From Crocinitomicaceae bacterium (GTDB lineage Bacteria; Bacteroidota; Bacteroidia; Flavobacteriales_D; Crocinitomicaceae), in assembly GCA_041688525.1 (NCBI GenBank), contig JBDNIA010000124.1:8380-72379 (forward strand): a stretch of 64,000 nt of DNA, given 5' to 3'. This document shows, in pieces, positions 55,401 through 63,602 of this stretch. The notes beneath the pieces were generated by a model. The model was not told where the DNA came from and searched no databases. It saw nothing but the letters and a program-made list of their open reading frames with translations. Every line of letters starts with the position of its first letter. The first letter of the stretch is position 1. Position numbers and translations under genes: made by a program.

Positions 55401-55527
55401 AAATTTTGAAGGCTCGTTTCAAACTGATGACGGTGCCGGAAATATAACAACTGAACAAACAAATATTTCAGGAACAATTGTATCACAAATGTTGTTCCTT
55501 AAAAAATTCGACGATACCATGCAATAA
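49483..55527 (+). CDS. Giant (2014 aa) multidomain fibre protein: N-terminal W/Y repeats, beta-helix core, six Asp-box-like blades, conserved C-terminal module
   Basis: Repeats of type W+G.W.....Y...D.V.Y.G..Y.C...H are present (NWRGAWTTSAAYKRDDVVRVNGKSYVCVVTH and others). Beta-helix cap VYVATNGIDDTGKGTSQNPFKTIRYAAEYVE. Six S.(D/N)G..W units. C-terminus GHDFLDIGTGNFEETNYP...DQDGNFRAGELFSVEQATG. Confidence 0.85.
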   Translation: MAEFKLERFKYNWRGAWTTSAAYKRDDVVRVNGKSYVCVVTHSASAAFRTDLTATLPGSSPLQPQPRWVVMTSGRSFVGNWTGSTDYNLGDVVKYDGSLWLCTVSHAASNFATDFDNWETFAQGLGFVGNWTSSTTYGPGAIVKYNGMSYKCVIAHTADTTLETNINDWEVYHEGIEILGDWVAGSEYRLNDLVKYGGTVFRCIDIHTSSGSSLDDTKFEIEVFGSQYDGEWNTSTYYNIGDIVRHRGFMYYAVNNNTSSRPYDDNGNVNWILVSRSYSFIGSWAPTTITVASTAGLIPGMVLTKTSGTGVFQTNTTVVTVLNATQFTILKKPTATISNVNATATLDTLSVSLTSANSASTAYKTGDIVLRGGNLYLALRDIADGFDDGSTLDYLDDTIWELILPGKSFKSEWILNEYYSVGDVVYFKGSAYTCNFEHESSIIDAPEDNGSGYFYWDLLLQAGRPAALNTKGDMLTYGPTRLLDNDGSTVFDDSTFGDTRLAIGEIAQLLSVSSDLEAYWRDIVIDADTVYVATNGIDDTGKGTSQNPFKTIRYAAEYVEDNFPPLTPTIVRVSTGKFEEIGPIIVPAGCAINGDELRSTTVLANSAIAEYQNDFQYVTAYLDHLVTILADIIIGRPITPTSGNSVLQITQIFTPVLDITGIAQVDLNTGEILTEDTFPISSVAGANAVVNLFTTFTNYISFRIADGEINPTITGSNILNTNQPIVNAGLALEVNEEFVQQEILAFLRLEYPSVTFPEIKTKNDIHSLIRAIKRDLQYTGNYATTFAARRYSNAVTGSQLDSLFFLRDTTGLRDCTTGGLQGTLNPPGVFELYQKPTGGALVSLDPGWGPDDERTWIVNRSPYIQGVTNIGFGCVGMKVDGALHNGGNRSMTANDFTQVLSDGIGAWITNNARAELVSVFSYYCQIGYFAENGGIIRAANGNNSYGRYGSVADGVDSTEIPQTATFFNRNNQAQVKEAIAGGNADELIAFEYSNAGEHYTSATATVVGAGEDATVEYTDFRDGALFEARLISPDGSSNKGGSGYVVKQASSQATIGASSTIVLSTNDTTQFLSEIEGMRIIIIDGTGVGQYGYIDNFVFATKLVTVRRDSDAELGWDNIIPGTPLAANLDTTTRYRIEPRISVSAPPYSTASFDLFTNRSYVDVVYGDTTQTYTNITAGSDLIWRDDTNTRIALAEIISNTSLQFTAEFATNPSVPFNIKGRTSGATAVATAISTNTGKTINVTISANGSSFIVGEEIDLVFVSGSGNTYDDDPIAARFTVVRQGESYLVSLTNTGAGYNINDVITILGTSLGGATPANDITITITDVSLDSTSSIQTFTFTGTGKTGIFVSLTNSEYSRYSENGQNWTEVSLSFIGDNRALINGNNRFIAVANNESRVSSSLNGQTWTTVDLPITASWTDGVYGGGKFVLVADDTNDVAVSANGTTWTTATIPDDTGGADSTISQWSKVVYGKGRFVAVSRNDLATATSTNGGVTWTRNDEVLPNVDWTAASLAYGNNRFLLLAADGTTAYSFDGVTWYAGTTASAVLTYSEIKYAQGIFFAIGLDSAAATNQCATSEDGILWTNRVLPASQRWSALTYGDVNGTSKWVLLASAGSTGAVAHVSTGARAKCRADVIVGSFKTIKIWDSGSGYSSSNLPVLTITDPNFVTEVAYESRISNGVLSQPDFINRGAGYRRTTSTITISGNGYADIVPDENIITISGIVNLPSPGVQIQIAGVLNTVTDTPNDLSIFSGVIVTDLGDDGTGNETRLVQLTISPSLETFYNTEHGTAITLREKFSQCRISGHDFLDIGTGNFEETNYPTLYASGGFFVASPENEVYETNSGRVFYVSTDQDGNFRAGELFSVEQATGVVTISAQFFQLDGLSALALGGVRLGGSGTVVNEFSTDSTFSADSNNVIPTQRAIASFLANRLSVGGESLEVNRLQAGAVIIGGTDNEISTIGGYLHIPSNVNFEGSFQTDDGAGNITTEQTNISGTIVSQMLFLKKFDDTMQ

Positions 55528-55546
55528 TAGCAACGGTTAACATAAT

Positions 55547-55554
55547 GATAAATA
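55547..55554 (+). promoter_or_regulatory. Late-promoter-like motif GATAAATA, 20 nt upstream of ATG 55574
   Basis: ATGATAAATATACTAGCGGAGTAATAAAAATG. The motif, GGAG and the start are in plausible spacing. Confidence 0.45.
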
Positions 55555-55573
55555 TACTAGCGGAGTAATAAAA

Positions 55574-58500
55574 ATGGCAGAATTTAAACTAGGTAGAATT
55601 AGATTTGTATGGAAAAACCAGTGGGCAACTGCTACTGTTTATTATCAAGATGATGTTATTGCTTTTGGTGGCAAAACATATATCTGTACAATAGGACATG
55701 CAAGTCAAGCAGATTTCTTTTCAGACTTGGACATTGTTCCAGCAAAATGGAATCTTGTAAGTGATGGGCAGACTTGGAAAGGTGATTGGACGGTAGATAC
55801 TAATTATATATACGATGACATAGTTAGTTATGGTGCAAGACTTTATATATGTAATACTATACACACCTCAGCAGCAACTGCTATTGATGCTACGGACGGT
55901 CTTGAAGTTGATTTAGGTAAGTGGGATGCTTATGCTGAAGGGATTGACTGGAAAGGCGACTGGGCTATTAGTACTCGCTACCGTATAAACGATTTTGTAA
56001 AATACGGCGGCTCAACTTATGTTTGTAATACACTACACGTATCTGCTGCAACTATCTCCAACGGATTAGAAACTAATTCATCTTACTGGGATATATTTAA
56101 TCAAAGTACAGAATACAAAGGCGAATGGACTGCAAGCATTAGATATAAACTAAACGACTTAGTTCGTTATGGTGCTGGTATTTGGATTTGTTTAACTGCA
56201 CATACGTCAGCAGGTACATTTGGAGCAAACTCAGCAAACTGGACTAAGTTTGTAGAAGGTTTCCAATATGAAAATGATTGGAGTCCTGTTGTACCTTATC
56301 AGTCAGGCGATGTGGTGCGCTACGGTGGAAACCAATATATTTCAACAACATCAAACACCGGAAGTATTCCGTTTGATAATCCAAATGATTGGGATTTATT
56401 TACAGAAGGGTTCCGCTTTATTGGTGATTGGAATGAAGACAGCGCTAATCAACATTATAAAGTTGGTGAAGTAATACGCTTAGGTGGATTTACATATGTT
56501 TGTGTACAAGACCATGAAACAGGTCAACAACCTCCAAACGCAGAATACTGGAAACTAATTAATGAAGGTTTCCGCTGGAGAGGCGTATGGATTGACGACC
56601 AAGAATATTATCAAGGTGATGTTGTACGCTACGGCGATAACAGCTACTATTGTGTTCTTGGACACATTTCAGAAGGCGATGACTATTCAACAGAAACAGC
56701 AGTTCAGCCAGGTGGCGGCGCACAAGGATCTCGTCCAGACTTAGCAGACAGCGGCCAATACTGGAGTATTCTTGCAATTGGAACAGAACAAAGTGTCCTT
56801 ACTACAGCAGGCGATTTAGTTTACTATAGTGGAAGTGCTCCAACAAGATTACCAGTCGGCCTAGAAGGCCAAGTATTAAAAGTAAATACAGCCAGACTTC
56901 CAGCTTGGCAGTTCTTATCTAATATAGAAGATGTTTATTTTGTAGCAGAACATGGTAATGATTTACCGTTTCCAACACGTGGCGGTACAATTGATAGACC
57001 ATTTAAAACTATCCGTTATGCAGCTGAGCAAATTGAAAAAGGAACTAAGAATCCTGTTGCACAACAGCTAATAGAACTTAATAGATCATTTATACAAAGA
57101 GAAGTGAGTTCTTGGATTAGAGATCAAGTAGATAATGCTACTGGCGGAAGTATCTGGGAAAACTTTGTATATGACACTATAAAATGTGAGCGCGATGTGG
57201 GATTTGTACTTGATAGAATAGTACACGATATGGCACACGGCGGCAATTTGAAAACTCGTGCTGCCGCACAGACGTTCTTGAATGCATTAGCCGACGGACC
57301 TTACTCAACAGCAGCAGAAAATAACGGAACAGGCGCTTACGGTAATTTAATAGCAGAAGGTGATCAATCAGTTGCAGCATATAACTATATGCTTACTCTT
57401 ATTGGTAACGCATTGTCTAATACTGCTCCTACATTAATATATCAAAATGTAACAGATGATTCAACTGCTATTATTGATCAATATATTAACATTACCATTA
57501 CAGCAGAAGCAGGCGCATTAACACGTCTTACTTCACTTGCTAATATTATTATTAATGCAATAGACACTGGACTAGTAAGTAGTATCCCTGCTCGAGATGT
57601 TCCGCAAACTCTACTTAAAGTTTCAACAGGTAAGCATTATGAAGTGCTACCAATAATTGTTCCCGCATACTGTGCAATAATGGGAGAAGAACTTCGTTCA
57701 ACACAAATTAATGCAGCATTAGGAACTATTCCTGCAAGTGACAGTACGTACACTATTGAAATTTATGATAGAATTGCAGACGTTGTAAGTGATATTGTTG
57801 TAGGTACATCAGTAACTCCAACAACAGGAAATACAACAGTACAGTTTCAAGACTGGCCCCACGCAATTACAGCTCAATCAACTAATGTTACAGACCTAGT
57901 CAATGTAATGAAGTACCAAACAGATTACTCGTTAAACACAATGCATACTGCATACTTAACGGAACCTGTAACATTTATTGGATCTGCACAAGAAACTGCT
58001 ATAGAAAATATTAAAGCAAATATTAACTTTATTGTTGAAGAAGTAATTGCGTATCTAGCTGATCAATACCCAACACTGCGTTATGGTAAAACTGACACTC
58101 GCAGAGATTCACGTTATGTAATAGATTCATTGATTTATGATTTAACATATGGCGGCAATGCACAAGCAGTTAAAACTGGTCTAGCATATTGGGACGGCGA
58201 TGATAATACAATACCACAAATTCCAGCATCTATTAAAGCAGCTACCATTGCCTCTTTGAACTTCTTAAAAACTACAGCACAAAGTGTTGCAGGTAATAGT
58301 TCAATTGCAAGTCCTTATCAAGCTACAGTTGCACAAGTATTAACTGGAAATGTTGGTAGTATTACAGAGATTGCAAATAATGTTGAAGACATTATTGATA
58401 TTCTTGACAACGGTCCAACTGCTGTAAGCACAACAACTACACTAGTTGACCCAACTCCTGCAAACAGTGTTAATACAACTACTGCACTAATTAGTGCAAG

Positions 58501-61500
58501 CGGCACATTAGATTCAGCAGCAGCTACTATACAGGCCGATACCATTAGCTGGATCAACAGCAACTATCCTACCTTAGTATACAATAGTGCTAAGTGTTCA
58601 AGAGACATTGGTATTATTCTTAAAGCAGTTAGATTTGACTTTATGTTTAACTCTAATTGGCAGACACTTAAATCTGCACATGCATACCTAAGAAAGACTG
58701 CTACTGAAGTTTACACATTAAATCAAAAAGCAGTAACTAGAGCTGCAATTAAATATGCACTAAGTACAGAAGCAGTAGCAAACGTAGGTGGTAACACTAC
58801 TGCAATTGCTAGAATTAATTTAAGTGCTACTATAATTGATCAAATGATATTTGGCGCTACTAATGAAGGTAGTGTATGTCAAGTTGAAGATCAAAATGCA
58901 TACTATGCAATGCTACAGCTAGAGCGCAATAGAGAGTTTATTATATCAGAAGTTACTGCATGGATGAATTATAACTATGTAAACTTTGATGACTTTTATA
59001 ATTCAGCAACCTGTGCTCGTGATATTGGTTACATTATTGATGCTGTAAGTTATGATTTAATTACTGGTTCTAACTTTGCATCAAGTGTTGCCGGCGCAGC
59101 ATATTATAGAGCAGTTGCATCTGCACAAAATGTTGTTAACAATCAGTTAAAACAAACAATTGCTGCTATTAAAGAAGCAAGAAGATTGACAATTGAAGTT
59201 ACTGATTCTAGCTTATATTCTAATATTGCTCGATCTTATGCAATTATTTTAGACATACTTGAAAATGGGTTAACAGCAGTACCTACTTATACATTCCCAG
59301 ACAATGGTACTTCGGTAGCTGCTGATAGTACAACTGCTGGAACATTTATAGCAAATAGAGCAACTTATGTTTCTAGCATTTCAAGTTATCTAAACACTAA
59401 CTACAATGCACAGTGGGTTGCACTAGGCGCAGGCGGTCAAGCAACATGCCAGCGCGATGTTGGCTATATTGTTGACGCTGCGACTTTCGACATATTATAT
59501 GGTGGAAATTATCAATCAGTTATTGCTGGTGATAGTTACTACTCATACGGTACTCTGCAAATTGGCGATGGAGATGAAAAAACAGCAACACTGGCAGCTC
59601 TTACAGAACTAAAATCGTTGCTATCTGCAGATGCAGAAGCAACAAGCCAGGCAGCAGTCGAAAGCAATGCAGATGATGTAATTGCAATCGTTACTAACGG
59701 TGCAGGAACAGTTGCTAAAGTTTATCCAGTTGCAACAGGTGAAACTGCAACAATACAAAGTACATTTAGTGCAATACAGACTGCTAACAGTTTCATACCA
59801 ACTAATGTTACAACATACATTACTAATACATTTAGTTCTTATACTTACAACTTATCGTTATGTTTAAGAGACGTCGGTACGTATATTGATGCATTAAAAT
59901 ATGATTTAAAATATCCAGGTAACTACAAGTCACGCTATGTTGCTCGTTATTATGCTAATGCAGTAACAGGTAGCCGAGAAGAAGACATGTTCTATCTAAG
60001 AGATGCAACTGGCTTAAGAGATTGCACATTACTAGGATTAAACGGTGATTTAACTCCTGCAGGCATATATGGTACAAGTCGTGTTACTGCTGGCGCTTAC
60101 GCAAGTCTTGATCCAGGATGGGGACCAGACGATTTTACAACATGGATTATTTCACGATCGCCATATGTTCAAGGTCTAACTACATTTGGTAATGCAGCAA
60201 TTGGTCAAAAGATTGATGGCCATTTACACAACGGTGGCAATGACTCAATCGTGTCTAACGACTTTACACAAGTTATTAGTGACGGTATTGGTGCGTGGAT
60301 TACTAATAATGGTAGAGCAGAACTTGTGTCAGTGTTTACATACTACTCGCATATCGGTTACTTGGCAGAAAATGGTGGTCGTATACGTGCTACTAACGGT
60401 AACAATAGTTACGGTGAATTTGGCTCTGTTGCAGAAGGCACCGACGCTGATGAAACTCCAGTAACAGCTATTGTTGATAATCGTACACAGTACAATGCTA
60501 CTATTAGTACTGTTAATGTAGACCAAAATCAAATTCTTGTACTTGAATACGGACATGCAGGTAATGACTATACTGAAGCAGCAATAAATATATTTGGTCC
60601 AGGAACAGGTGAAGTACTAGTTGCTGATGAATTCCGTGATAATGCTGTAAATTATGCATTTGTAGATCAAGATGCAGATCCCGATGTAATCATAGGCGGT
60701 AGTAACTATCTAGTAGTAGGCAATACTGCACAAAGCGGAAGTACCACTGGCATATTCCTAGCTGCAACTGACGGCAATCTAAGTAGTACATATCCAGGTA
60801 TGAAAATAGTTATTAGCGGTGGCTCAGCAAACGGCCAATACGCTATTGTTAATACATACAATTCTGGTACTAAAGAAGCAACAGTTATTCGAGAAAGCGA
60901 CGGAATAGCAGGATGGGATCATTATGTATCAGGTACGCCTATTATTGCACCTAACTCAAGTTCGACCTATAAAATTGAACCAAGAATTGCATTTACTGCT
61001 CCTGCAAAATCAAATGCTGCAATAACATTACCAGCAGCCACTACTTGGGGCGATGTTAAATATATTGAAACAGCAGCTCAATATACTAGCATTAGCGCAA
61101 CAGGCGGCAGCGGCAGTGGATTAACGTTTGATGTAACACGTAACGGCAGTAAATATTACCTAACAGTTAATAATGCTGGTACAGATTATACACGTTTAAA
61201 TACTGTAACTATTGCAGGTACAGCCGTCGGTGGCGCAAGCACAGCTAACAATATTACTGTAACATTAACTACACTTAACAGTGTTAGTGGTGCAGTAGTC
61301 GACTATGACTTTACCGGACTAGCACAAACAGGTAAGTTCCTTGCTATTGGTGCAGGTACAAATGGTGCGTTAAGCGTAGATGGCGAATCATGGAGTATAG
61401 AAACACTTCCTTCACTAGGGGCAGGTTTTTGGAGCAGAATTGCAAGCGGTTTACAAAATGATGGTTCATCAACCTTCCAGCCAAGTGCTGTAGTACTTGT

Positions 61501-63244
61501 AGCTGACGGCGATAGTACTGTTGCATACAGTGAAGATGCTGATACTTGGAATACATCAACTCTACCAGTAGGAATGGATACTAGTGCAGAAACTAGAATT
61601 GCATACGGAAATGTTGTAGGCTCAGTAACTAATAGATTTGTTGTTATTAGTAGTGCAGACAGAGATGTTGCATATAGTGATAACGGCGGCGCTACTTGGA
61701 CACTAACAACAGATGCATTAAGTAATATAGGATTCGATCACATAGCATATGGCGCAGGCAAGTTTGTTGCTATTAATATCGGAACTACTAGTGCAGCATA
61801 TAGTGCAGATGGTATTACTTGGATAGGCGCAACTGCTCCAGCAGCATTTGCAGCAGTAACAGACATTGTATGGGGTAACGGTAAGTTTGTGGCACTAGGT
61901 GGCACTAACGGTATTATGTTCAGCTTAGACGGTGTTACATGGTATGAAAATGCACTAACATTGCCATTGACTGTAACCGAACGTAGACTTGCATATGGAC
62001 AAGGTATGTTTGTTATAACATCAGATGATACTGATCAAGTTCTATACTCGCAAGACGGATTGTACTGGCAAGCATACACTCTTACTACAACTATTACAGG
62101 CGGCTACAATGCAATAGCATTTGGTAATCCTGCTAGAGAAGGTAAGTTTGTGATACTTCCGAATGCAAGCGGCACAGGCGGAGTATACGCTAAGATTGGC
62201 GCAACTACAAAAGGTCGCGCAAGTGTAGCAAATGAGCAAATATTTGAAGTTAGAATTATAGAACCTGGTTCAGGATACGCAACTGCTCCAAGTGTTACAG
62301 TAACAGATCCTAACAATATTGTCGATGTTATATTAGTACCAAGACTAGGTGACGGAGTATTAGGACAGCCAACATTTGTTAACAGGGGTACAGGCTTTAC
62401 AAGTTCAACAGCAGAAGTTGATGCACAAAATTCAAATGGTGGTGCTGACTTCCCACAAACCGGAACGTTTATTGCTGTTAGACGCCTAAGTGCTAGACCA
62501 GTTAACGGGTCAAATATTGAATTTGCTAGTTTACCAGGTGAATTTTATAAACTAGTTAATACTATTAGTTTTATAGGCACTAATGCAGGAACATACACAG
62601 GCTTTTTACAACTTAGTCCTGCTATAGCAGTTAAAGACTCACTACCAGACGGTGACACTGTAGAACTACGTATTAGATTTAGTCAAGCACGGTTAACAGG
62701 TCACGATTTCTTAGACATTGGTACTGGTGGATTTACGAGTACTAACTATCCAAATACCCCGTTACAGCAACCAGTTCAATCTAACGAAACTGTTAACGCA
62801 AACGGCGGACGAGTGTTCTTTACAGCAACTGATCAAGACGGTAACTTTAGAGTTGGCGATTTGTTTAGCATTGAGCAAAGTACTGGTGTTGCAACATTGA
62901 ATGCTGATGCGTTTAATATTGCCGGACTGCAAGAACTATCACTAGGCGAAGTAACACTAGGCGGTAACAGTGCAAGTATTAACGAGTTTAGCACTGACCC
63001 ATTCTTTACTGCTAATAGTGATAGTGTAGTGCCAACTCAACGTGCAGTTAAAGCATACATCCAAGCACAAATTGGTGGCGGCGGCGCAACACTTAACGTT
63101 AACAGCGTGACAGCAGGTGACGTGTTTATTGGGACCGATACTATTACAACGCTGAGCGGAAGTGTGCTAAATATAAGAGCGAACGTGGTATTCAGTGGAA
63201 CTGTACTTGGTTTACCTCTAGCATATAACTATTTCTTAAGATAA
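55574..63244 (+). CDS. Giant (2556 aa) multidomain fibre protein, tandem paralogue of 49483..55527
   Basis: MAEFKLGRIRFVWKNQWATATVYYQDDVIAFGGKTYICTIGH corresponds to MAEFKLERFKYNWRGAWTTSAAYKRDDVVRVNGKSYVCVVTH. It has the same beta-helix core (RSPYVQGLTTFGNAAIGQKIDGHLHNGGNDS...). Six S.DG..W units and the same C-terminal module are present. There is an extra roughly 500-aa helical insertion. Confidence 0.85.
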   Translation: MAEFKLGRIRFVWKNQWATATVYYQDDVIAFGGKTYICTIGHASQADFFSDLDIVPAKWNLVSDGQTWKGDWTVDTNYIYDDIVSYGARLYICNTIHTSAATAIDATDGLEVDLGKWDAYAEGIDWKGDWAISTRYRINDFVKYGGSTYVCNTLHVSAATISNGLETNSSYWDIFNQSTEYKGEWTASIRYKLNDLVRYGAGIWICLTAHTSAGTFGANSANWTKFVEGFQYENDWSPVVPYQSGDVVRYGGNQYISTTSNTGSIPFDNPNDWDLFTEGFRFIGDWNEDSANQHYKVGEVIRLGGFTYVCVQDHETGQQPPNAEYWKLINEGFRWRGVWIDDQEYYQGDVVRYGDNSYYCVLGHISEGDDYSTETAVQPGGGAQGSRPDLADSGQYWSILAIGTEQSVLTTAGDLVYYSGSAPTRLPVGLEGQVLKVNTARLPAWQFLSNIEDVYFVAEHGNDLPFPTRGGTIDRPFKTIRYAAEQIEKGTKNPVAQQLIELNRSFIQREVSSWIRDQVDNATGGSIWENFVYDTIKCERDVGFVLDRIVHDMAHGGNLKTRAAAQTFLNALADGPYSTAAENNGTGAYGNLIAEGDQSVAAYNYMLTLIGNALSNTAPTLIYQNVTDDSTAIIDQYINITITAEAGALTRLTSLANIIINAIDTGLVSSIPARDVPQTLLKVSTGKHYEVLPIIVPAYCAIMGEELRSTQINAALGTIPASDSTYTIEIYDRIADVVSDIVVGTSVTPTTGNTTVQFQDWPHAITAQSTNVTDLVNVMKYQTDYSLNTMHTAYLTEPVTFIGSAQETAIENIKANINFIVEEVIAYLADQYPTLRYGKTDTRRDSRYVIDSLIYDLTYGGNAQAVKTGLAYWDGDDNTIPQIPASIKAATIASLNFLKTTAQSVAGNSSIASPYQATVAQVLTGNVGSITEIANNVEDIIDILDNGPTAVSTTTTLVDPTPANSVNTTTALISASGTLDSAAATIQADTISWINSNYPTLVYNSAKCSRDIGIILKAVRFDFMFNSNWQTLKSAHAYLRKTATEVYTLNQKAVTRAAIKYALSTEAVANVGGNTTAIARINLSATIIDQMIFGATNEGSVCQVEDQNAYYAMLQLERNREFIISEVTAWMNYNYVNFDDFYNSATCARDIGYIIDAVSYDLITGSNFASSVAGAAYYRAVASAQNVVNNQLKQTIAAIKEARRLTIEVTDSSLYSNIARSYAIILDILENGLTAVPTYTFPDNGTSVAADSTTAGTFIANRATYVSSISSYLNTNYNAQWVALGAGGQATCQRDVGYIVDAATFDILYGGNYQSVIAGDSYYSYGTLQIGDGDEKTATLAALTELKSLLSADAEATSQAAVESNADDVIAIVTNGAGTVAKVYPVATGETATIQSTFSAIQTANSFIPTNVTTYITNTFSSYTYNLSLCLRDVGTYIDALKYDLKYPGNYKSRYVARYYANAVTGSREEDMFYLRDATGLRDCTLLGLNGDLTPAGIYGTSRVTAGAYASLDPGWGPDDFTTWIISRSPYVQGLTTFGNAAIGQKIDGHLHNGGNDSIVSNDFTQVISDGIGAWITNNGRAELVSVFTYYSHIGYLAENGGRIRATNGNNSYGEFGSVAEGTDADETPVTAIVDNRTQYNATISTVNVDQNQILVLEYGHAGNDYTEAAINIFGPGTGEVLVADEFRDNAVNYAFVDQDADPDVIIGGSNYLVVGNTAQSGSTTGIFLAATDGNLSSTYPGMKIVISGGSANGQYAIVNTYNSGTKEATVIRESDGIAGWDHYVSGTPIIAPNSSSTYKIEPRIAFTAPAKSNAAITLPAATTWGDVKYIETAAQYTSISATGGSGSGLTFDVTRNGSKYYLTVNNAGTDYTRLNTVTIAGTAVGGASTANNITVTLTTLNSVSGAVVDYDFTGLAQTGKFLAIGAGTNGALSVDGESWSIETLPSLGAGFWSRIASGLQNDGSSTFQPSAVVLVADGDSTVAYSEDADTWNTSTLPVGMDTSAETRIAYGNVVGSVTNRFVVISSADRDVAYSDNGGATWTLTTDALSNIGFDHIAYGAGKFVAINIGTTSAAYSADGITWIGATAPAAFAAVTDIVWGNGKFVALGGTNGIMFSLDGVTWYENALTLPLTVTERRLAYGQGMFVITSDDTDQVLYSQDGLYWQAYTLTTTITGGYNAIAFGNPAREGKFVILPNASGTGGVYAKIGATTKGRASVANEQIFEVRIIEPGSGYATAPSVTVTDPNNIVDVILVPRLGDGVLGQPTFVNRGTGFTSSTAEVDAQNSNGGADFPQTGTFIAVRRLSARPVNGSNIEFASLPGEFYKLVNTISFIGTNAGTYTGFLQLSPAIAVKDSLPDGDTVELRIRFSQARLTGHDFLDIGTGGFTSTNYPNTPLQQPVQSNETVNANGGRVFFTATDQDGNFRVGDLFSIEQSTGVATLNADAFNIAGLQELSLGEVTLGGNSASINEFSTDPFFTANSDSVVPTQRAVKAYIQAQIGGGGATLNVNSVTAGDVFIGTDTITTLSGSVLNIRANVVFSGTVLGLPLAYNYFLR

Positions 63245-63259
63245 GGACGGAGATTAAAA

Positions 63260-63589
63260 ATGGCAAACGGAATATTAGGATCGGCAGATCTATTAGCAAC
63301 AACAGATACAGAAGTTTACGAAGTACCGGTTAGTACTTTTAGTGTAGTAACAGTAAGTTTTTGTAATAAGAATGCAACATCAATAACTGTTAGATTAGCA
63401 GCTACAAAACCGGCAAATGCTTCAACACCGGCAGCAGATGATTATTTTGAATATGATGCACAAATTCTACCAGGTGGTGTGTTAGAAAGAACAGGTTTAG
63501 TTTTTGAAGCAGGAAGAAGAATATATGCTTATTCATCGGCTGCTAACACTGTAGCAATGGTATACGGTATAGAAACAGTAACCGCTTAA
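63260..63589 (+). CDS. Small fibre-cassette protein, member 3 of the 109-110-aa family
   Basis: Starts 15 nt after the giant gene stop. Motifs as listed for 40884..41216. Confidence 0.65.
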   Translation: MANGILGSADLLATTDTEVYEVPVSTFSVVTVSFCNKNATSITVRLAATKPANASTPAADDYFEYDAQILPGGVLERTGLVFEAGRRIYAYSSAANTVAMVYGIETVTA

Positions 63590-63602
63590 AGGAAAATAGA
63601 TT

